In this document: positions 56,831 to 64,000 of the stretch, in pieces
How positions within the stretch are numbered: the stretch's first letter is position 1
How the letters are laid out: every line of letters begins with the position of its first letter
DNA from: an uncultured Verrucomicrobiae bacterium
Lineage (GTDB): Bacteria > Verrucomicrobiota > Verrucomicrobiia > Limisphaerales > Palsa-1400
Length of the DNA: 64,000 nt
Assembly (NCBI GenBank): GCA_963764165.1
Contig: CAVXRD010000001.1
Coordinates: 544,001 to 608,000 of the forward strand
Reading direction: 5' to 3'
Made by a program: the position numbers and the translations under genes
Notes under the pieces: generated by a model
Databases searched by the model: none
What the model was told of the DNA's origin: nothing
What the model saw: only the letters and a program-made list of their open reading frames with translations

Positions 56831-57676
56831 ATGAATTTTGCTGAGAAAATTCTGACTCCCGCATCGCTTGCGGCTTGGCGCGAGAATTTGCGCCGCGCTG
56901 GCAGGCAGTTGGTCGTGACAAATGGCTGCTTTGATATTCTTCACCTCGGCCATGTGACTTATCTCCAGCAAGCGCGCGACCAGGGCGACGCCTTGCTCGT
57001 CGGAGTCACTGGAGACGCGGGCGTTCGCGCGCTCAAAGGACCGGGACGCCCGTTGAACGGCGAGTATGATCGCGCCGCCGTGCTGGCCGCGCTGGAATCG
57101 GTGGACGGCGTGATGGTTTTCCACGAAGGCGATGCGCGCGTGTTCGTGCAAACCGTGCAGCCTGATATTTACGTTAAAGGCGGCGATTATACGGTCGATA
57201 CCATCAACCAAGACGAACGCCGCCTGCTTGACAAAATGGGCGTCAAAATCGTCATTCTTGGCGGCGTGCCAGGCAAATCGACCACCGCGCTCGTGCAAAG
57301 AATGCAGGTGGACACTGAGCCCGCAAATAGCTTGCCTTCCTCCAAAAGCGGGCTTTCCATTGAACCCATGCCGTCTGAAATTTTCGTGGCCAGCCGTTGG
57401 ACCAAGGGGAATCATCTATTCCCGACTCACATTGAAATTACCGACCGCGCCGTGGTCCGCCACAAGCGATCCTGGTTTTCCAAGGACGAGATGAGCGTCG
57501 GCATTCAGAAGGTCGCGTCGGTTCATATCAAGACGGGCTTTTGCTGGTCGGAGATTTTAATCGAGACGACCGGCGGGACAGACCCGATCACGAGCCACGG
57601 CCACCGGAAGTCGGACGCATTGCGGATCAAGGAGTTGATTGAGACCTACCAGCAAGGCCGCCCGGCCTCGGCCTGA
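56831..57676 (+). CDS. rfaE2: RfaE2-type heptose-1-phosphate adenylyltransferase in frame with a C-terminal PH-like domain
   Basis: TNGCFDILHLGH, YVKGGDY, STT, then a ~100-aa extra domain starting at MPSEIF. Confidence 0.8.
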   Translation: MNFAEKILTPASLAAWRENLRRAGRQLVVTNGCFDILHLGHVTYLQQARDQGDALLVGVTGDAGVRALKGPGRPLNGEYDRAAVLAALESVDGVMVFHEGDARVFVQTVQPDIYVKGGDYTVDTINQDERRLLDKMGVKIVILGGVPGKSTTALVQRMQVDTEPANSLPSSKSGLSIEPMPSEIFVASRWTKGNHLFPTHIEITDRAVVRHKRSWFSKDEMSVGIQKVASVHIKTGFCWSEILIETTGGTDPITSHGHRKSDALRIKELIETYQQGRPASA

Positions 57677-57683
57677 CGCAGAA

Positions 57684-57701
57684 CTGTCACACAATCGTTA
57701 C
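57684..57701 (+). promoter_or_regulatory. Pho-box-like direct repeat
   Basis: CTGTCAC-ACAA-TCGTTAC with 11-bp period, upstream of the phoB-like gene. Confidence 0.5.
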
Positions 57702-57746
57702 CCCCGCGCCGTTGCCTGCCTGTGACATTCCCGGCAAGGTAGCAGC

Positions 57747-58433
57747 ATGAAAAGCAGGATACTGGTAGTGGACGATGAGCCGGATGTTCTTGATCTTGTC
57801 ACATATAATCTCGGACAGGCGGGCTTCCAGACCGACACAGCCGCCGACGGCGCCGAGGCTTTGCGCAAGGCGCGCTCCAGCGCTCCCGACTTAATCCTGC
57901 TCGACCTGATGCTTCCGGAAATGGACGGGCTTGAAGTCTGCAAATTGCTCCGCCGCGACGCCAAGACGAGCGGCATTCCCATCATCATGCTGACAGCCCG
58001 CGCCAGCGAAATCGACCGCATTGTCGGCCTGGAATTGGGCGCGGCCGATTACGTCCCGAAGCCGTTCAGCCCGCGCGAATTGATTTTGCGCGTCAAGAAA
58101 CGCCTCGAACAAAGCAGCGGCGTTCCAGCCAAAACCACGTTCACACTCGGCCCGCTGGAAGTGGATGTCTCGCGCCATCTCGTAACGGTTCGCAATCGGC
58201 GCGTTGAATTGACCGCGACCGAATTTAAGCTGCTAGTGTTGCTGCTCCAGCGCCTCGGCCATGTGCAGTCGCGCGATCAATTGCTGCGCGACGTGTGGGA
58301 ATATGAAACTCATATTGACACCCGCACGGTGGACACGCACATCCGCCGACTGCGCGAGAAACTCGGCCCCGCTTCAAGATATTTGGATACGGTCCGCGGA
58401 GTGGGTTATCGCTTTTCGCCTGAGATGAATTAG
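57747..58433 (+). CDS. OmpR/PhoB-family response regulator, PhoB-like
   Basis: REC domain plus winged helix LTATEF...TRTVDTHIRRLREKL..TVRGVGY. Confidence 0.9.
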   Translation: MKSRILVVDDEPDVLDLVTYNLGQAGFQTDTAADGAEALRKARSSAPDLILLDLMLPEMDGLEVCKLLRRDAKTSGIPIIMLTARASEIDRIVGLELGAADYVPKPFSPRELILRVKKRLEQSSGVPAKTTFTLGPLEVDVSRHLVTVRNRRVELTATEFKLLVLLLQRLGHVQSRDQLLRDVWEYETHIDTRTVDTHIRRLREKLGPASRYLDTVRGVGYRFSPEMN

Positions 58434-58462
58434 AGCAGCGGCTAATCGGATTTGCGAAGCGA

Positions 58463-58560
58463 GGTAGGGACGCCTCGCCGAGGCGTCCGAGGCTGTGGCA
58501 TTTTTCGAACGCGCTCGGACTTGTGAGAGTCCCCGGACGCCTCGGCGAGGCGTCCCTACC
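58463..58560. repeat. Intact REP doublet, family A
   Basis: Both arms match the consensus. Confidence 0.9.
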
Positions 58561-58572
58561 TTTACGAAAATG

Positions 58573-58603
58573 AAAAAGGCGCGTTCGTGGGAACGCGCCT
58601 TTT
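58573..58603. terminator. Bidirectional intrinsic terminator
   Basis: AAAAAGGCGCGTTC-GTGG-GAACGCGCCTTTT between convergent genes. Confidence 0.8.
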
Positions 58604-58621
58604 GCTTGTGTGTAGAAAAAT

Positions 58622-59341
58622 TTATGGCTTTATCGGGCGGAGTTTAATGTTCTTAAACGCCACCGTTCCCGGATGATCGCCCTGCAAGCCGATGTGACCA
58701 ATATCGGATTCGGCAAAACCGTTAAACCTGCTGAACTTGCTCTTGGCGACCCGGTCTTTGAAATCCGCGCTGTGCAAATCGTATTCAAGATACTTCGTGC
58801 CGTTCATGAAATGCTCGCATTTCGTCGGGCCGACAATCAAACGCACATGGTTCCATTGATCCGCAGGCTTGGTCGTATCGAGCGGCTTGCCCGTGGCTGG
58901 ATCGATCGGTGGCTGGTAGAGACCGTAGAGCCAGCCGCAGAGCGAGCCAGGGTCTTCGGGAGGATAATCATCTTCCAATTGGAATTCAGGCCCGGTCCAC
59001 CAAATCGTCCGGCCTTTGTCGCTCACGTGATACATGATGCCGCTGTTGCCGCCCTTGGAAATTTTGTAATCGAGCTGCAATTCAAACCAATCGTATTCGG
59101 CGCTGGTCTCGATGTCCTTGCCGCCTTCTTTCTTGCTCATCGCGCCGTCCTCGACCACCCAGCCGGGGCCGATGGTTTGCGCATGAAATTGATGCCAGCC
59201 GTCGAAATTGGTGCCGTTGAAAAGCAATTGCCAGCCAGCGGCTTTTTCTTCCGCGGTCAGCGTATTGTCCTGCGCGAAGGCAGGCGCCGCCAAAAGCACC
59301 AGCGACGAGAGCGAAGCCAATCCTGCTTTGAGTAAGTTCAT
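58622..59341 (-). CDS. DUF1080 / 3-keto-disaccharide hydrolase family
   Basis: GWQLLFNG, GNSGIMY, GPEFQLED, WNHVR, IGLQGDH..FKNIK. Confidence 0.88.
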   Translation of the reverse strand: MNLLKAGLASLSSLVLLAAPAFAQDNTLTAEEKAAGWQLLFNGTNFDGWHQFHAQTIGPGWVVEDGAMSKKEGGKDIETSAEYDWFELQLDYKISKGGNSGIMYHVSDKGRTIWWTGPEFQLEDDYPPEDPGSLCGWLYGLYQPPIDPATGKPLDTTKPADQWNHVRLIVGPTKCEHFMNGTKYLEYDLHSADFKDRVAKSKFSRFNGFAESDIGHIGLQGDHPGTVAFKNIKLRPIKP

Positions 59342-59442
59342 GGCGTTTTTGATACGCCGCTCGCTGGCGGGAGTAAAGTGAAAAAACAACCGGCTTGAAT
59401 TTTCTGTCGGATTGTGGGGCGTGCGGTTGTTTAATAAGTGAG

Positions 59443-60870
59443 ATGCAAGCAAAGTCCGATGCCCAATTGTTGCAGGAGTACACGCGTTACGCGAGCGAAC
59501 CCGCCTTCAGCGAACTCGTCCAGCGCCATGCGGGCCTCGTTTATTCCGCGGCGCTGCGCCAGATTGGCTCGCCTGATCGCGCGCAGGAAATCGCGCAGTC
59601 AGTTTTCATAGACCTCGCCCGCAAGGCGCAATCGCTGGCGTCCGACCTTCGCGTTGATTCCACGCTCACCGGCTGGCTGTATCGCGCCACGCGATTCGCC
59701 GCGCTGAACATGCTGCGGAATGAGCGCCGCCAATCCGCCCTCCACTATGAGCTTATGCGCGAACTCCAACCCGGCTTCGAATCGCCCCTCGAATGGGAAA
59801 GAGTCGCGCCGCTTCTCGATGAAGCTCTCTCGACCTTGAGCGACCAAGAACGCGATGCCTTGCTTATGCGTTATTTCAAAAATCAGGATTTTCGCAGCGT
59901 CGGCGCCGCGCTGGGAGTCAGTGATGACACGGCGCAAAAGCGTGTTTCGCGGAGCCTGGAAAAATTGCGCGCCGCGCTGTTGAAACGCGGGATCACCACC
60001 ACCCCCGCCGCCCTTTCCGCCGCGCTCGCGGCCCACGCCGTGCAGGCCGTTCCCGCCGGACTTCCCGCAGCTTGGTCAGCTGCGGCGCTGGCCACCGCGC
60101 CTCTTGCCGCAAAAAGCGGCGCAACATTGAGCCTATTGAAAATTATGAGCATGACAAAAATTCAACTTGGAACCGGCGCGCTGATCGTCGCCGGCCTGGC
60201 CGCGACCGTCGGCGTCCAGTATCAATCGCAAAACCGGCTGCAGCAGGAAAATCAAGACCTGCACCAGCATATCACCAGATTGACCGCGGACTTTGAAACC
60301 CTTTCTAATCGCGTGGCCCAGGCTCCCGCCTCCGCGCCAGCAAGCGCGCCGAACGATCAGTTCCGCGAATTGTTGCGATTGCGCGGAGAAGTGGGGCGGC
60401 TGCGCGAATTGACAAACCAAATGGCCGCGGCGCGCGCGCAAAATCTGCGCGTTCAGGCGAGCATGGCAAACCAGGAGGCTGAAAACGCGAATTTTGTGGG
60501 TCATAGCGCATCGATCGTCAACGCGGCGAAACAAATCGGCGTGGCCTTTCGCATTTACTCCAATGACAACGAGCAGTTTCCGACAAATCTTGCGTCCATC
60601 CACAACGAGCTGGCAGGTGCGACTAATTTCAGCGGCAACGTCGCCTTGGACAGCTTCGAAATGGTCAATGTGGGCAAAGCCGGCGACCGCTATCCGCAAG
60701 CTGTCTGCATGCGAGAACGCGACGCGCGCCAGGCGCCCGACGGCAGTTGGGAGCGCATTTATCTTTACTGCGACGGCAGCGTCCAAGTCGTCCGACAGCC
60801 CGACGGCAATTTCGACCAATGGGAAGCCCAAACCTCCGCCAATGTGTTTCCCGATCCGCAGCAGCCATAA
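59443..60870 (+). CDS. ECF sigma factor with TM and C-terminal extension
   Basis: AFSELVQRH..VYSAALR, AQKRVSRSLEKLR, Ala-rich linker, TM, coiled coil. Confidence 0.88.
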   Translation: MQAKSDAQLLQEYTRYASEPAFSELVQRHAGLVYSAALRQIGSPDRAQEIAQSVFIDLARKAQSLASDLRVDSTLTGWLYRATRFAALNMLRNERRQSALHYELMRELQPGFESPLEWERVAPLLDEALSTLSDQERDALLMRYFKNQDFRSVGAALGVSDDTAQKRVSRSLEKLRAALLKRGITTTPAALSAALAAHAVQAVPAGLPAAWSAAALATAPLAAKSGATLSLLKIMSMTKIQLGTGALIVAGLAATVGVQYQSQNRLQQENQDLHQHITRLTADFETLSNRVAQAPASAPASAPNDQFRELLRLRGEVGRLRELTNQMAAARAQNLRVQASMANQEAENANFVGHSASIVNAAKQIGVAFRIYSNDNEQFPTNLASIHNELAGATNFSGNVALDSFEMVNVGKAGDRYPQAVCMRERDARQAPDGSWERIYLYCDGSVQVVRQPDGNFDQWEAQTSANVFPDPQQP

Positions 60871-61043
60871 ATTAAATTCGGGCCTTTTGGGGAAATTAGG
60901 GAAGTATTTAATCTGGAAATCAGGAAGCAAGGAAAAGAGGCTACGGAAAGAAACTCGGGGGCATTTGCCATGCGGGGGGCTGAGTTCAGATTTTTTCCTA
61001 ACGGTTTCTTTCCCGCGCGTGTGTTTTGTGATTCATTGGGAAG

Positions 61044-62147
61044 GTGCAATTCGGCTCGTTTCAGTTGAAGTCCAATCTCTTTTTGTCGCCGCTGGCAGGT
61101 TATACCAATCTGCCGTTCCGCCTTGTCGTGCGCGAAATTGGCGGGCTTGATCTCGCCACGACGGATCTCGTCAATGCCCGCTCTCTCCTCGAAAAGAAAA
61201 GCAAGGCGCTGAAGCTCATTGAAACCTGCCCAGCCGATCAACCGCTCGCGGTTCAGCTTTTCGGCGCGGTGCCGGAGGAAATGCGCGACGCGGCGGCTTA
61301 CTTGGAATCCATCGGTGTTGCATCCGTGGATATCAACATGGGCTGCCCAGTGCGGAAGGTCTGCCGCGTCGGCGGCGGCTCGGCCATGATGACAGAAATG
61401 GACAAGACGGCGCACCTCGTGCGAGGCATGGTCAGTGCCGTCAAAATTCCCGTGACCGCGAAAATGCGCCTGGGCTGGGACGACGACAATATCACCGCGC
61501 CGGACTTGGTGCGCGTCTTGGAAGATGCCGGCGTGTCCGCCATTTTTGTCCATGGCCGCACGCGCGAACAGGGTTTTGGCGGATCGGTGAATCTTAAGGG
61601 AATCGCGTCGGTTGTCAGCGCGGCGCGAAACATTCCAGTCATTGGCAACGGTGATGTTACCACTCCTGCGGCCGCGAAAATGATGTTCGACCAGACAGGT
61701 TGCGCGGGGGTGAGCATCGGGCGCGGCGCGCTTTATCATCCGTGGATTTTTCAGGACACGATTCATTTTCTGCGCACGGGCCAGATTCCGCCCGAGCCGA
61801 GTTTTGAGGAGCGCATCCGCATCATGCGCCGCCATCTGGATTTGATGATCGAAATTTTTGGCGAAGAGCACGGATGCCGGATGTTCCGAAAAATCGGCCC
61901 GTGGCACTCGAAGCGCTTCGGTCCGGCCAACGAATTCAACAAGCGCATCGTCAAAGTTGCGAACCTCGCGGAATTCAACACGATCCTCGAAGATTACCAA
62001 CGCTGGCGCGAGCAGTTCCTGGACGAGAACGGCGAGTTGAAACCCAATTATCGCCCTGCGCCAGTGGTTGCCTCATTCATGCGCGAGCCAGCCGTGGCGC
62101 AGCGGACGGAAATCCCCGTGCCAAAGGGGCCGGTTGAAGTCTGGTAA
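61044..62147 (+). CDS. dusB: tRNA-dihydrouridine synthase DusB
   Basis: DINMGCPVRKV, VTAKMRLG, VHGRT, IGNGDV, SIGRG. Confidence 0.92.
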   Translation: MQFGSFQLKSNLFLSPLAGYTNLPFRLVVREIGGLDLATTDLVNARSLLEKKSKALKLIETCPADQPLAVQLFGAVPEEMRDAAAYLESIGVASVDINMGCPVRKVCRVGGGSAMMTEMDKTAHLVRGMVSAVKIPVTAKMRLGWDDDNITAPDLVRVLEDAGVSAIFVHGRTREQGFGGSVNLKGIASVVSAARNIPVIGNGDVTTPAAAKMMFDQTGCAGVSIGRGALYHPWIFQDTIHFLRTGQIPPEPSFEERIRIMRRHLDLMIEIFGEEHGCRMFRKIGPWHSKRFGPANEFNKRIVKVANLAEFNTILEDYQRWREQFLDENGELKPNYRPAPVVASFMREPAVAQRTEIPVPKGPVEVW

Positions 62148-62151
62148 AACT

Positions 62152-62718
62152 TCAACTGGCCTCGCCTTTGCGAGGGTGGTGATGGTGGAACAGCGTGGCG
62201 CGATAGGCATAGAGGTACCAAACTATCAAAACATTGCCAATCATCACCAGCAGCATGTAGAGAGTGACCTGCTTGGCCAATTCGTATATTTCAATAGGAA
62301 TAAAAAATGCCGATTCGCCGATGGCCAGCCAGCCGGCCCATTCCGCCCGAAAAAGCATGCCGATTCCTTCCACCAGCGGAAAAAGCGAGAACAATACGAT
62401 GCCGAGCCCCCATATCCGCACCTGATTGGCGGTGACGTTTTCTATCTGGGACGCGATATGCTGAAAAAACTTGTTTTCGGGATGAATCCGAAGCCGTTCA
62501 AAAACATGCCTCACCACCGGCCGGTTCAGCAGGTCTGACCATTCGGCGGGAAGATCGTTATTCGCCTGGCAAAAGATGACGATGCCAAAGGCGATGAACG
62601 CGATGCCTTTGAGCACCTTGAAAAGAATGATGGCGTAAAGAGTGGGCGCGCGTCTGAGCGGGGGTTCCACCGCAGTGCTCGCGAGCGCACGCATCCGCGC
62701 CTCGGCTTCCATGGACAT
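62152..62718 (-). CDS. DUF2127-like membrane protein
   Basis: IILFKVLKG, VEGIG...WAGWL, PIEIYE, NVLIVWYL. Confidence 0.75.
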   Translation of the reverse strand: MSMEAEARMRALASTAVEPPLRRAPTLYAIILFKVLKGIAFIAFGIVIFCQANNDLPAEWSDLLNRPVVRHVFERLRIHPENKFFQHIASQIENVTANQVRIWGLGIVLFSLFPLVEGIGMLFRAEWAGWLAIGESAFFIPIEIYELAKQVTLYMLLVMIGNVLIVWYLYAYRATLFHHHHPRKGEAS

Positions 62719-63999
62719 TTATCGAATTTTCTCCTGCAGCAGAGCCGGCAATTCGTTAATTTTTACCCGAGTTTGTTTCATGGTGTCACGATCGCGCAGG
62801 GTGACAGTATCCTTCAATTCCTCTCCCTTTTCGCCCAATGTATCGAAATCGATGGTTACCCCAAACGGAGTGCCTGCCTCGTCCTGCCGGCGATAACGCC
62901 GTCCGATAGCTCCACTATCATCATAGTATACCGTCATTAAGGGCCGGAGCAAGTCTCTAACTTCCATTGCCTTTGCGACCAGCTCGGGACGGTTCTTTAG
63001 CAGCGGAAAAACGGCGACTTTCACCGGCGCAATGCGCGGGCTGAATCGCATGACGATGCGCTTCTCCATTTTGCCTTTGTCGTCTGGCGCTTCGTCTTCG
63101 CAGAAGGCGTTGCAGATAATGGCCAGCGCCAAACGATCCGCGCCTGCCGAAGGTTCAATCACGTGCGGAACGTAATTTCCCGCCGCTAAACCCGCCGCGT
63201 CTTCGCGCGCCTGCTTTTCGGCTTTCTCCTCAGTCTCGCCAGTTTTCAAAAGGTACTTCTTCCGATTTTCGCAATAGCGATCGGAAAGTTCCTTTTGCTT
63301 CGACGCATCCAATTTGGCCCACGCCAGCTTCAATTCGTCGTCAAAAATAGCCATCGTCTTGCCGGAGAAGCGCTGGTGCTGCGAAAGATCGAAATCGCTG
63401 CGCGCGGCCACGCCTTCCAATTCTTCTCCCGCGAGCTCGCCCTGCTCATTGCGCTTGCTGAACGGGAAGCGATACAAAATATCCACCGTGGCGCGGGCGT
63501 AGTGGGCGAGTTCCTCCGGCTTCTGCCAATACTCGACAAGGCTCGTGCGGGGCAGCCCGATTTGCTCGTAAAAGGCGAGGCGCTCCTCGACCCAATACTG
63601 ATGCCACATCTTCCATCCCCAATTCGCCTGCGGCTGGCCCGGGTGGCCGGCGCCCTTCGGCTGCGCCACGGAACCGGTAATGGCTTCAACGGCTTCGTCA
63701 GGGCGAATGAAAAACTCGAGTTCCATCTGCTCGAATTCGCGCGAGCGGAAGGTGAAGTTGCGCGGGTTGATTTCGTTGCGAAACGCTTTGCCAATCTGGC
63801 AAATGCCGAACGGAACTTTCTGCCGCGAAACTTCCGCGACGTTTTTGAATTGAGCAAAAATCGCCTGCGCCGTTTCTGGGCGGAGATACGCCACATTTTC
63901 CGCGCTCTCCACCGGGCCGACGTAGGTTTTGAACATCAAATTGAACAGGCGCGGCTCGGTCAGGAGGCTGCCGTTGTCGGGATTGTAGCGCGTGGAATT
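62719..63999 (-). CDS. glyQS: Glycine-tRNA ligase, alpha2 type; 5' part lies outside the window
   Basis: [48 protein letters not shown]. Confidence 0.95.
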   Translation of the reverse strand, partial: NSTRYNPDNGSLLTEPRLFNLMFKTYVGPVESAENVAYLRPETAQAIFAQFKNVAEVSRQKVPFGICQIGKAFRNEINPRNFTFRSREFEQMELEFFIRPDEAVEAITGSVAQPKGAGHPGQPQANWGWKMWHQYWVEERLAFYEQIGLPRTSLVEYWQKPEELAHYARATVDILYRFPFSKRNEQGELAGEELEGVAARSDFDLSQHQRFSGKTMAIFDDELKLAWAKLDASKQKELSDRYCENRKKYLLKTGETEEKAEKQAREDAAGLAAGNYVPHVIEPSAGADRLALAIICNAFCEDEAPDDKGKMEKRIVMRFSPRIAPVKVAVFPLLKNRPELVAKAMEVRDLLRPLMTVYYDDSGAIGRRYRRQDEAGTPFGVTIDFDTLGEKGEELKDTVTLRDRDTMKQTRVKINELPALLQEKIR

Positions 64000-64000
64000 T

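Noticed and set aside
1348..58560. Recurrent ~26-bp palindromes as CRISPR repeats
   Set aside because: They are dispersed inverted doublets, not tandem repeat-spacer arrays, and no cas genes are present.

Overview
GC-rich bacterial chromosome segment; the gene repertoire suggests Verrucomicrobiota (Pedosphaera/Limisphaerales-like), by inference only. The backbone holds two redoxin-domain genes, a cheA-cheW-mcp-cheR-cheB-cheY-cheC plus kinase cluster, a CCA-type nucleotidyltransferase, dnaB-bamA-skp, trpB, a phoB-like regulator, dusB and a partial glyQS. Best candidate for an undescribed system: an operon (14654-18098) joining a tetraether-synthase (Tes/MJ0619)-like radical SAM enzyme, three paralogous small 3-TM proteins ending in a lipobox-like Gly-Cys, and a divergent Lgt. 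A ~16.7 kb composite island (24081-40782) is bounded by a 16-bp direct repeat and splits a palindromic intergenic repeat rather than a tRNA. Inside it are a small tyrosine recombinase between two inverted 11-6-11 sites, an attP-like junction next to a P4-type integrase, and several gene scars. An IS1182-family element and a cognate 142-bp MITE occupy both hairpins of one REP doublet. An ImmA/IrrE gene begins with a copy of the dnaB 5' end. No intact tRNA, rRNA or CRISPR array was seen. All protein calls come from motif recognition by eye, with no database search.
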